A DNA stretch of 40,000 nucleotides, from assembly GCA_052279835.1 (NCBI GenBank), contig CP181291.1, positions 2,801,572 through 2,841,571 of the forward strand, read 5' to 3'. Below the pieces are notes generated by a model. That model searched no databases. It had not been told where the DNA came from and saw only the letters and a program-made list of their open reading frames with translations. Origin of the DNA: Microcoleus sp. Its GTDB lineage: Bacteria > Cyanobacteriota > Cyanobacteriia > Cyanobacteriales > Microcoleaceae. Position 1 is the stretch's first letter. Each line of letters begins with the position of its first letter. A program made the translations under genes and the position numbers. Shown here one piece after another: positions 26,154 to 34,720 of the stretch.

Positions 26154-27743
26154 ATGTTGGGATTAAATCTGCTTCGCTGGTTCCGTTCGCCCAAATTATC
26201 TATTAAAATTTCTATGTGGAAAACCTTTTATATCCAACCTAACCAAATTGGAATCTTATATCATCGCAGCGACTTTAAGAAATTTTTGCTGCCCGGTACA
26301 TACACTTATTTCCGTAGCGATTTGAATTTAAAAAGCTACGATCTAAATCAGCCAGAAGCTAAGATTGACAACTTAGAACTGTTACTAAGAAACCACGGAA
26401 CCGAATTACAAGAACATCTCTCGATTGTCAGAACCGCATTCAATCAAACAGCTTTAGTTCGTTTGGGTCAAACTTGGATAAGTGTTTTACCTAATCAATT
26501 GCGGGCGTTTTGGCGCGGTTTTATTGAAGTAGAATCTCATGTTTTTAATTTAGACGAGAGTTGGGAATTGCCTGGTGAGTTTGTGCAAAAAGTGCGATCG
26601 CTCACTTTTTTGCAAGGACTGAAAAACTTCCAAGTTTCTGAGTCTGAACTAGGTTTGCTGTACGTGCAGAATAATTTTGTACGCCCTCTAGAATCAGGAG
26701 AATACACTTTTTGGTCTGTGGATCGAAATGTGGCAGTTAAAACTCTGGAGCGAAATATTCCTAATCCTGAATTTCCCCAAGCAAATGTCCTAATTGAAAA
26801 ACATCCCGATTTTGTAGCAGCCTACTGCGAACTCGTCCAATTACTGGGTCATCAAATTGCGATCGTGCGCGATCGAGGAAAAGTTATTGCTTTTTTGCCA
26901 CCGACAAGCCGCCAGCTATTTTGGCAAGGTGTTGACGTGGAAATAATCGACATTAATACTGATGTTAATTTAGACCACCGTTTAATAGCTGAGTTGGTTG
27001 CTGGTTCCCCAGAAGCTCTATCAACCTGTGCCAAGTATTTGCATCTTTGTGAAGTTCCGGCACAGCACGTTGGACTATTGTATATAAACCAAGAGTTTCA
27101 ATCGCAATTGCCACCAGGAATTCATGCTTGGTGGAAGTTTGGGCGCTCTTTTCAAACGGAAGTAATTGATTTGCGCTTACAAAATATTGAGGTATCTGGT
27201 CAAGATATCTTGTCAAAGGATAAAGTACCTTTGCGCTTGAATTTGACGGCTGGATACCGCATCCGAGATCCGCTGATGGCAAAAAATGGCTTGTCCGATA
27301 TTACGGGATTTTTGTACAAGGAATTGCAGTTTGCTTTGCGCGGTGCGGTGGGGGAACAGACTCTGGATGGGTTGTTGGATAGCAAAGGTGCGATCGATCG
27401 CAGTATATCTGAATACATCCGCGCTAAAACCACAGATTATGGTATTGAAGTCGATTCTGTTGGTGTCAAAGATATTATTTTACCTGGTGAAATTAAGGCG
27501 ATTTTGAGCAAGGTTGTGGAAGCGGAAAAATTGGCTCAAGCCAATGGAGTTAGGCGCAGGGAGGAGACTGCTGCTACTCGGAGTATGTTGAATACTGCGA
27601 AGGTGATGGAGGATAATCCTGTGGCTTTGCGTTTGAAGGAATTGGAGGTTTTGGAACGGATTGCGGAGAAGATCGACCGGATTCAAGTTAATGGGGGCTT
27701 GGATAATATTTTGACGGATTTGATTCGGATGAATCGAGAGTGA
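26154..27743 (+). CDS. SPFH/band-7 (slipin-like) protein with a ~300-aa N-terminal extension made of reiterated SPFH-entry motifs
   Basis: The C-terminal half is a canonical SPFH domain (DILSKDKVPLRLNLTAGYRIRDP...YGIEVDSVGVKDIILPGEIK..AEKLAQA). The motif G(I/L)LY....F...L..G.Y.FW occurs at about aa 27, 161 and 302, with weaker copies between. I see no N-terminal TM helix. ATG 26214 is an alternative start. Confidence 0.8.
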   Translation: MLGLNLLRWFRSPKLSIKISMWKTFYIQPNQIGILYHRSDFKKFLLPGTYTYFRSDLNLKSYDLNQPEAKIDNLELLLRNHGTELQEHLSIVRTAFNQTALVRLGQTWISVLPNQLRAFWRGFIEVESHVFNLDESWELPGEFVQKVRSLTFLQGLKNFQVSESELGLLYVQNNFVRPLESGEYTFWSVDRNVAVKTLERNIPNPEFPQANVLIEKHPDFVAAYCELVQLLGHQIAIVRDRGKVIAFLPPTSRQLFWQGVDVEIIDINTDVNLDHRLIAELVAGSPEALSTCAKYLHLCEVPAQHVGLLYINQEFQSQLPPGIHAWWKFGRSFQTEVIDLRLQNIEVSGQDILSKDKVPLRLNLTAGYRIRDPLMAKNGLSDITGFLYKELQFALRGAVGEQTLDGLLDSKGAIDRSISEYIRAKTTDYGIEVDSVGVKDIILPGEIKAILSKVVEAEKLAQANGVRRREETAATRSMLNTAKVMEDNPVALRLKELEVLERIAEKIDRIQVNGGLDNILTDLIRMNRE

Positions 27744-27846
27744 TATAGCAATTCTAAATCATTTGTGAATTTCTTACTCCCTCCCCTTAGTAAGGGGAGG
27801 GTTGGGGTGGGGTAAAAAATTTACGACTCCTGCAAGGATTGCTATA
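27744..27846. repeat. Small TIR-bounded element with a C-rich/G-rich hairpin core and a G-quadruplex-capable tract
   Basis: The ends are TATAGCAATT (27744-27753) and GATTGCTATA (27837-27846). The core is CTCCCTCCCCTTAGTAAGGGGAGGG. GGGGAGGGTTGGGGTGGGG occupies 27794-27812. It begins 1 nt after the SPFH stop. Confidence 0.5.
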
Positions 27847-27854
27847 GCTATTTA

Positions 27855-29537
27855 CTGGAGTTTAGACTAAAAAACGATCGCATCTAAAAGTAGCGGCCGA
27901 AAGAAGATCCGGCAAGCTGTTACTCAAAAGCTCAAGAGAGAGCAGATTAAATAGCTAATCTTGAAGATTTTTTGCGTCGAGAAACCCGTTTTTTGACAGT
28001 GGGATAGCACGGTGCCTTAGTACGTACCTTTCCTGTTTCCCAACCGGGGGATTTTCCCCTCTGTTTTGGTAGTTTGGTAGGAGTACCAATGTCAACTAAA
28101 ACTGATAACATTGACTGGGCAACACGTCCAGGAGTTAAATCGATCTTAGCAGATTGCCAAGGCAGTCGATGCTCGAGAACTAAGTCCCTAGCCAGCCAGA
28201 GTTGCCAACTCATCAATGGCATTAAATCACTCCAACGTTCACATTGTTCAGGAGTTCTCAAGTTAGGCAATGTCCAATGCAATCGTTGCTTAGCAAACCG
28301 ATACCAATGATCCACCCCAAAACGTCGTAAATACTTAAACCAAACAGTTTCTAAGGGTAGAGTTCGTTCTCCTACCCAAACCAACCATAAAGGTGGAAAT
28401 GGCTGACCGTTTGACATGGGCTTCATTCTTTCGACCAGGATTAAATTGACTTTTTGTCCAGCGGCACGATAGAAATGTAGGTCAAGCCATTGTCTGACTC
28501 GGACTTGTCCCAACTGTGGATGTTCGTCAATGAAGATCGCAGCATCCGCTTGGAGCCATGTAGTTGGGTCATTCAGCCTCATTTTTGGCCCGTGCTTACG
28601 TGGTCTACCGCGACCACTATAGGTTGGTGGTGCTGACCACAAACAGGCATTCTTTCGGACTCGCATTAAGCAATCAGCTTGAATGTCTGCTTGCGCCAGT
28701 ACCCAATTTGCATTGCCATATTCTCGATCTAAAACTGCTAAGACTGGATTGAGGCTTTGTTCGCAAACAAGTTTGAGTTGGGAAGCTGCTTGAAGTATGG
28801 GTGAAGACCCACTACTGATTCTTTCATGAAGTAGGGGTAATGCCCAACTTCCTTGAGCTTCAGGTATCCAGGCAATGGTACTGTACCCCTGTCCAATAAT
28901 TACACCCCTCTGATATTCATGGGTTCTGTCTTGTAATGTTTTGGCTTCTGCTCTGGCCCATGCAGTGTGGTCGATCGCGACTAATATATGTTCTGTTGGG
29001 GGTACTTGCTGTTCTAATTGCTTTCGGTACAACTCCATCAGTTTTTTTCGGTCTGGCCTACTGTCTTGTAATGCTTCGTAAATACTTGGCCATTGACGAT
29101 TGAATAATGGGCTGAGTGAAAATTCCGCTAAACATGACGCATTTCTGGTGGTCATCACTGCATCCATCAGCTCGAAAGTGGCATCTTTCGCTCGCACCAA
29201 TAACTCGTATGCTGCTTGACGAAAGTTCTTTAATCGTTCACTGTTCATTCAGGGAGTGGATAGGTTTTCTTTTTCACCCTCATTCTCTCCCGGCGCGGTG
29301 GCTTTAGCTTTGCTCAAAGCCACCGTTCTCTCTTTTTTAGTCTCAACTCCCGTCAAGAAATTAGGTCGCTCCTGGCGCGTGTTTCTTCCCTCATCAAGTT
29401 TGCGCCCTTAAAGAAAACGTCAACGGTCGCTGGATTTCTATCTTACGATCGAGCTTCATAACCTGTCGCCAGCGACCGTTGCCGTTTTTGAGTGCGGTGA
29501 CGATCGCCCTTTAATAGCTGTTTAGTCTAAACTCCAG
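27855..29537 (-). mobile_element. Apparently intact insertion sequence (1683 bp) with 17-bp perfect terminal IRs and a 7-bp target site duplication
   Basis: IR-L is CTGGAGTTTAGACTAAA (27855-27871). IR-R is TTTAGTCTAAACTCCAG (29521-29537). The direct repeat CTATTTA flanks it at 27848-27854 and 29538-29544. A single transposase ORF lies inside. Confidence 0.8.
27947..29248 (-). CDS. DDE-type transposase (IS4/IS701-like)
   Basis: A 433-aa uninterrupted ORF. Candidate catalytic regions are VAIDHTAWAR, AVLDREYGNANWV and RFGVDHWYRFAKQRL. The C-terminus is basic. The family assignment is tentative. Confidence 0.75.
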   Translation of the reverse strand: MNSERLKNFRQAAYELLVRAKDATFELMDAVMTTRNASCLAEFSLSPLFNRQWPSIYEALQDSRPDRKKLMELYRKQLEQQVPPTEHILVAIDHTAWARAEAKTLQDRTHEYQRGVIIGQGYSTIAWIPEAQGSWALPLLHERISSGSSPILQAASQLKLVCEQSLNPVLAVLDREYGNANWVLAQADIQADCLMRVRKNACLWSAPPTYSGRGRPRKHGPKMRLNDPTTWLQADAAIFIDEHPQLGQVRVRQWLDLHFYRAAGQKVNLILVERMKPMSNGQPFPPLWLVWVGERTLPLETVWFKYLRRFGVDHWYRFAKQRLHWTLPNLRTPEQCERWSDLMPLMSWQLWLARDLVLEHRLPWQSAKIDLTPGRVAQSMLSVLVDIGTPTKLPKQRGKSPGWETGKVRTKAPCYPTVKKRVSRRKKSSRLAI

Positions 29538-29623
29538 CTATTTAGACTCGGCGATTGAAATCGCGTCTACACAAACGAAGCTATTTAGACTCGGCGATTG
29601 AAATCGCGTCTACACAAACGAAG
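29538..29623. repeat. Perfect 43-bp tandem duplication (x2) of a Y-hairpin unit
   Basis: CTATTTAGACTCGGCGATTGAAATCGCGTCTACACAAACGAAG occurs twice without a mismatch (29538-29580 and 29581-29623). The X hairpin AGTCCGCCTCCGCGGACT follows at 29622-29639. Confidence 0.9.
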
Positions 29624-29723
29624 TCCGCCTCCGCGGACTGAAAGAAAGAATAAAGAAATAAATTAACCCGAATTGGTATGATATTCTCGTAAATGCCATA
29701 CCTGCATAAAATTAGCAATTTAA

Positions 29724-30926
29724 ATGACCGCAACAGATTCTACTAAGCACCAAAAATCCAAAGCCCTGAAACCGGGTAGTCGCCGCCCTGCGAAAGAACT
29801 TTGCAGCGAGTGCGGTTTGTGCGATACATATTATATCCATTATGTCAAGGAATCTTGTGCTTTCTTAACACAGCACATCGCGGAACTGGAAGCAGAGATT
29901 CACGGGCGATCGCGCAATCTCGACAATCCAGACGATTGGTATTTCGGAGTCAGTCAAAACATGATGGCGGCTCGGAAAAAAGAGCCGATAGAAGGGGCTC
30001 AGTGGACGGGAATCGTTAGCACAATTGCGATCGAAATGCTGGAAAAAGGGATTGTAGAAGGCGTTGTTTGCGTCCAAAACACCAAAGAAGACCGCTTTCA
30101 ACCGATGCCGATTATTGCGACAACTCGCGAAGAGATTCTCGCAGCAAAAGTCAACAAACCGACTCTCTCTCCCAACCTTTCAGTATTGGAACAAATCGAA
30201 AAATCGGGGATGAAGCGGCTGTTAGTAATTGGGGTCGGCTGTCAAATTCAAGCCTTGCGAACAGTCGAGAAAAAACTCGGTTTAGAAAAGCTCTATGTTT
30301 TGGGAACTCCCTGCGTCGATAATGTTAGTCGCGCTGGGTTGCAAAAGTTCCTAGATACCACTAGCCGTTCTCCCGAAACAGTTCTGTCTTACGAGTTTAT
30401 GCAAGACTTTAATGTTCACTTCAAACACGAAGATGGTTCGGTGGAAAAAGTGCCGTTTTTTGGATTGAATACTAAGGAATTGAAAGATGTTTTTGCTCCT
30501 TCTTGTTTGAGTTGTTTTGATTATGTTAATTCCTTGGCAGATTTAGTTGTGGGCTACATGGGCGCACCTTTTGGCTGGCAGTGGATTGTGGTGCGAAATG
30601 ATACTGGACAAGAGATGTTGGATTTGGTAACGGATCAGCTAAATACTCAGCCGGTGATGTCTCAGGGAAACAGAAAAGAGGCTGTGCAGCAAAGCATTCC
30701 GGCTTATGAAAAAGGGGTGACTTTGCCGATGTGGGCGGCAAAGTTAATGGGGGTTTTTATTGAGAGAATTGGGCCGAAGGGTTTGGAATATGCTCGGTTT
30801 TCTATTGATTCTCATTTCACTCGCAATTATCTGTACGTGAAGCGGAATTACCCAGATAAATTGGAGGCTCATGTACCGGAATATGCTAAGCGGATTGTGG
30901 GTCAGTATAAGTTACCTGACGTTTAG
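29724..30926 (+). CDS. bciB: F420 hydrogenase/dehydrogenase beta-subunit-family Fe-S flavoprotein; likely ferredoxin-dependent 8-vinyl reductase (BciB) / HCAR homolog
   Basis: The N-terminus has the Cys cluster LCSECGLCDTYYIHYVKESCAF. FrhB-like core motifs are GVVCVQ, LLVIGVGCQIQALR and LYVLGTPCVDN. The size (400 aa) matches Slr1923-type proteins. The function is inferred from the family only. Confidence 0.65.
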   Translation: MTATDSTKHQKSKALKPGSRRPAKELCSECGLCDTYYIHYVKESCAFLTQHIAELEAEIHGRSRNLDNPDDWYFGVSQNMMAARKKEPIEGAQWTGIVSTIAIEMLEKGIVEGVVCVQNTKEDRFQPMPIIATTREEILAAKVNKPTLSPNLSVLEQIEKSGMKRLLVIGVGCQIQALRTVEKKLGLEKLYVLGTPCVDNVSRAGLQKFLDTTSRSPETVLSYEFMQDFNVHFKHEDGSVEKVPFFGLNTKELKDVFAPSCLSCFDYVNSLADLVVGYMGAPFGWQWIVVRNDTGQEMLDLVTDQLNTQPVMSQGNRKEAVQQSIPAYEKGVTLPMWAAKLMGVFIERIGPKGLEYARFSIDSHFTRNYLYVKRNYPDKLEAHVPEYAKRIVGQYKLPDV

Positions 30927-30999
30927 GTAAAAGTAGGGTGCGTAGCCTGAAACGATGATGGCGATGTGCCGGGATTCAGTAGCGACGCACCTTACGGAA

Positions 31000-33081
31000 T
31001 TAATATGATTTGCTATGAGCCGCCGGCAAAGACAACTGAGGTGGAATTTTAGGATAGTTTGTTTCGCCGGAAATCACCGCCGGTTCTTGGGAAAGTAAAA
31101 ACTCACGAATTACCCTAGCCACGACTCTTTGAGCTAAACCGCCGACTACTTGTTGGCCCATATTCTGCACTTCTGGTTTCACTAACAACTGGGGAAGTAG
31201 TTGTAATACTTTCATGCTGTCAAAACCGGGAGTTGATTGCAAAATATCCCAAATCCGTTTGATGTGTTCTAGATTTTTTTGTTCCGTTTGTGAAACCATT
31301 GGTGGATTTTGTTTGACTCCAAACCATTCGCCGACTACTGATTTAGCATTAGCAAAGGCGTTGTTGGAAACTGTGTCGAGACTTTTGACTAATTCCAGGA
31401 CTATGCGATCGCGAATAAAGTCTCCTCTTTGAGAAAATAAATAGTCTAATGCTTGGTTCAGGATTTTGCTGATGTCGTAGTCTTCGCTATCGCGGGCATT
31501 GTTGAGTAAGTTTTCTAACCGATTCCAGCGGAATTCTCCTTGTTTGAATAACAACTCTTGCAGAGATGTTCTCAATTCTGGCGCGGGGTCGCTCAACAGG
31601 CGTTTGGCGACGTAGGGATAGGCTTTGCTGAGGACTTTAAATTCGGGGTCAACGTTGATTGCAATGCCTTCTAAGGTGACGAGCGATCGAATAATCAAAG
31701 CATAGTAGGCTGGAACTCGGAAGGGATATTCGTACATCACTGCCGATAGTTCGTCTGTAATGCTTTTGAAATTGAGTTCGGCGACGCTAGCACCCAAAGC
31801 ATTGTTAAACACTCTAGCCAAGGCGGGAATAATGGGTGTTAAATCGGTGTCTGGTGTTAAAAAATCTAACTTGACATAATCTTTGGCTAAACCTTCAAAG
31901 TCGCGATTCACTAAATGGACTACAGCTTCTAATAGGCCGTATCTTTGATATGGTTTAACTTCGCTCATCATGCCGAAGTCGAGATAAGCTAACTTACCGT
32001 CGGGAGTTGCCAAAAGGTTGCCTGGATGGGGGTCAGCGTGAAAAAAACCGTGTTCCAGCAGTTGTCTGAGGGAGCATTGCACTCCCACTTCAATTAAGTA
32101 AGGAGCGTCGATTCCTTGAGCTTTGACGGCTTCTAAATTGGTGAGTTTGATGCCGGTGATCCACTCCATTGTCAAGACGCGGCGGCGGGTATATTGCCAG
32201 TAGATACTGGGAACGTAAATATCTTTAAGGTGGCCGTAGAGTTCTCTAAAACGTTCGGCATTTTGTCCTTCGTGGGTGTAGTCCATTTCTTCGTAAATGC
32301 GTTCGCCCAATTCGTCCATAATTCCTGCGAGGTCGCTGCGAATCATTTTGAAGTTGTTTTGTGCCCAGAGTGCGACGCGCCGCAGGATGTAGATGTCTAA
32401 ACCAATGTTTTCGGCTAAGCCTGGTCGTTGGACTTTGATCGCGACGGTTTCTCCGGTTTTGAGTTTGCCTTTGTAGACTTGTCCGAGAGATGCTGCGGCG
32501 ATGGGATCGGGGCTGATTTCTGCGTAGATTTCTCTGGGGTGGGCACCCAATTCTTCTTCTATAAATCTATATGCTACTTCGTTGGGAAAGGGTGGTAATT
32601 GGTCTTGCAGTGTTGTGAGTTCTTCTAAATATGCTGGGGGTACTAAGTCTGGTCTTGTTGAGAGTGCTTGTCCGATTTTGATGAAAGCTGGGCCTAGTTG
32701 ACTGAGAATTTCTCGTAGTCTGGCGGCGCGACGCTTTTCGTTGGTGGCGGTGCGGCCTGTTTTGCCGTCGAACCACAAACTGAAGGTAAAGCCGAAAAAT
32801 GTCCAAATCACACTCAGTAGTCTTCCCCAGACTTCTAGAGGGCGATTTTTGTATTCGGCTGCGATCGCCACTGGATCGTATCGAACAGCTTCTCCGGCTA
32901 ACTCGAAAGCTATGTCTCTGGCTGATTTGAGGACTTCGGAGGTTACGGTGTCTGTCTCTATTGCGACTGGTACTGCTGGCAGGGGAATTGTGTTTGCATC
33001 TTTGAGATTGCCGAGTACAGGCTGAGTCGCAGAATTTGCATAAGTTGGCGGGGAGGCTGGCGATACAGTCTTGACATTCAT
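31000..33081 (-). CDS. ABC1/UbiB (AarF)-family atypical kinase, second paralog
   Basis: GPAFIKIGQALSTRPDLVPPAYLEELTTLQDQLPPF, AAASLGQVYKG and FFHADPHPGNLL are ABC1 motifs. The start is ATG at 33081. Confidence 0.9.
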   Translation of the reverse strand: MNVKTVSPASPPTYANSATQPVLGNLKDANTIPLPAVPVAIETDTVTSEVLKSARDIAFELAGEAVRYDPVAIAAEYKNRPLEVWGRLLSVIWTFFGFTFSLWFDGKTGRTATNEKRRAARLREILSQLGPAFIKIGQALSTRPDLVPPAYLEELTTLQDQLPPFPNEVAYRFIEEELGAHPREIYAEISPDPIAAASLGQVYKGKLKTGETVAIKVQRPGLAENIGLDIYILRRVALWAQNNFKMIRSDLAGIMDELGERIYEEMDYTHEGQNAERFRELYGHLKDIYVPSIYWQYTRRRVLTMEWITGIKLTNLEAVKAQGIDAPYLIEVGVQCSLRQLLEHGFFHADPHPGNLLATPDGKLAYLDFGMMSEVKPYQRYGLLEAVVHLVNRDFEGLAKDYVKLDFLTPDTDLTPIIPALARVFNNALGASVAELNFKSITDELSAVMYEYPFRVPAYYALIIRSLVTLEGIAINVDPEFKVLSKAYPYVAKRLLSDPAPELRTSLQELLFKQGEFRWNRLENLLNNARDSEDYDISKILNQALDYLFSQRGDFIRDRIVLELVKSLDTVSNNAFANAKSVVGEWFGVKQNPPMVSQTEQKNLEHIKRIWDILQSTPGFDSMKVLQLLPQLLVKPEVQNMGQQVVGGLAQRVVARVIREFLLSQEPAVISGETNYPKIPPQLSLPAAHSKSY

Positions 33082-33127
33082 AACTCAGACCTAATGTGAA
33101 GCATTGTAAACATATTGTAACAATTTA

Positions 33128-33186
33128 AGGATGAAGGAAGACGGAAGAGGGAAAAAGCAGATTTTGGTAATTCTCCCCTTTTTCCT
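33128..33186. repeat. Purine-rich / pyrimidine-rich hairpin downstream of the 33222-33644 gene
   Basis: GGAAGAGGGAAAAAG (33134-33148) pairs with CCTTTTTCCTCTCTTCC (33168-33184), with a one-nt bulge. It shares the GAAGGAAGA motif seen at 560-585, 10399-10429 and 24895-24920. There is no canonical T-run. Confidence 0.35.
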
Positions 33187-33221
33187 CTCTTCCTCTGGCT
33201 CAACTTAAGCCCATCTCTGTG

Positions 33222-33644
33222 CTACTCGTGGCTTAAGTTGAGGAGTCGATCGCAAATTCCTGACAGTTGCAATTGGGTGCTGACTGGCGATCGAGGTTGA
33301 GGTATTTCCGTATTGGGCCAGTGGGCTAAGTCGTTACAGGGACAGCACTCGGCCGGCATTCCCGAATCCCGCAAGGGTACGGGCATGGCACAACGGGCGC
33401 AGGGACTCATTTCCCAAGCAGGTGTCAGTAGTTCGCCTATGGTTTCCTTTGTGCCTTCGAGATAACAGTCTCCGCTGTCGGGGGAGACTATTTTTTGCCA
33501 GCATTCTTCAAATTCTTGACTGTAGCGATCGCCGGCAATTACTGGTTTGGGCAGCAGTGCTTCGGAACCGTTGCGAATTAATACTTTTTTGCCTAGCTGA
33601 AACCAGTAAGCAATATATTTTCTCACTTCATATTCTGATGCCAT
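33222..33644 (-). CDS. Hypothetical Cys-rich protein
   Basis: A 140-aa ATG ORF with a C-terminal Cys cluster (SPCARCAMPVP...AECCPCNDLAHW). I cannot name a family. Confidence 0.55.
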   Translation of the reverse strand: MASEYEVRKYIAYWFQLGKKVLIRNGSEALLPKPVIAGDRYSQEFEECWQKIVSPDSGDCYLEGTKETIGELLTPAWEMSPCARCAMPVPLRDSGMPAECCPCNDLAHWPNTEIPQPRSPVSTQLQLSGICDRLLNLSHE

Positions 33645-33770
33645 AGCTTTTATTCAACCTTTCAAGCAATTGTTTATTTTAGACTTTCCTGCTTAATTTT
33701 TTACCTATTTTATAAACTAGAAAACTTCCTCCTTAAGGGGGATGTCGGGGGGAGCATCCAGATTTTGCAT

Positions 33771-33837
33771 AGGCGAAGCATGACCGCAGACAATTTATTA
33801 GCGATAACCAAAGATTTACAGCGGTCATGCTTCGCCC
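33771..33837. repeat. Palindromic element with a 16/17-bp stem
   Basis: AGGCGAAGCATGACCGC (33771-33787) pairs with GCGGTCATGCTTCGCCC (33821-33837) across a 33-nt loop. ATGTCGGG motifs flank it on both sides. Confidence 0.6.
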
Positions 33838-34053
33838 CTACGAATATATTTGCCAAACACAGATGCACCCATGTCGGGAAACAAAATATCGATTTTGTTT
33901 GGGAATTTAAGTGGTGTGGGTAGCGAGATATTTTTTTAGGGATAATTATCTAATGTAGAGTTTTTTGTGAATGGGGAGAATATACTAAATTGTAACTCAT
34001 TTTGTGGAGTTTGAAACTTATATTTTCTCTAAAGTCGATCGCCCGCCGGAGTG

Positions 34054-34617
34054 TTATTTGATAGCTGGAAGCCTTGTACCCAGAGCCGTGAGATTCAAGG
34101 CGTAACCTCCGGTGGCGAGATAAACACCATCGGCGATCGCCCCGATGTGGCGGACAAGAGTGCCGAGGCGATCGCGAAATAGCCTTCCCGCTGGATAAGC
34201 AGGCACTACTCCCCATCCGGTTTCCTCTCCTACCAAAATTACATCGGCCATGGCGGAGTGCAAACTAGCAAGCAAATCTTGTTGTGTCTGCTCCCAAACA
34301 GTGGGTTCTTGTTCCAAAAGATTTGCCGTCCAAGTTCCGAGGGAATCAATTAACAAGCAATTTGAGCGATCGGTCGATCGTACAACTGGTGACAATTCCT
34401 CGATCGCTTCTACAGTTTTCCACTCAGGGGGACGGCGATTTTTGTGGCGCTCAATGCGATTTTGCCATTCCCTATCTGCCTGGTCAATCTTACCTGTAGC
34501 CACATAAATTACTGATTTTCCTGAATCTGCTGCCATAGTTTCTGCCAATTCACTTTTGCCGGATCGGGCGGGCCCGGTTACTAAGATTATTTGTCTTGAA
34601 CTACGGATTTTAGTCAT
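34054..34617 (-). CDS. cobU: Bifunctional adenosylcobinamide kinase / adenosylcobinamide-phosphate guanylyltransferase
   Basis: The P-loop is ILVTGPARSGKSELAE. Also seen are IYVATG...DREWQNRIERHK.RRP and LIDSLGTW. The 187-aa length is typical of CobU/CobP. Confidence 0.85.
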   Translation of the reverse strand: MTKIRSSRQIILVTGPARSGKSELAETMAADSGKSVIYVATGKIDQADREWQNRIERHKNRRPPEWKTVEAIEELSPVVRSTDRSNCLLIDSLGTWTANLLEQEPTVWEQTQQDLLASLHSAMADVILVGEETGWGVVPAYPAGRLFRDRLGTLVRHIGAIADGVYLATGGYALNLTALGTRLPAIK

Positions 34618-34720
34618 TAGTTAATTGTTATGTATGGGTGGTTATTTGTGGGTGGTTATTTGTTAGTCTAATTTACCTTGACCAATTCCCAAGAGTCATT
34701 TTTAAGGGATAATAACATTA

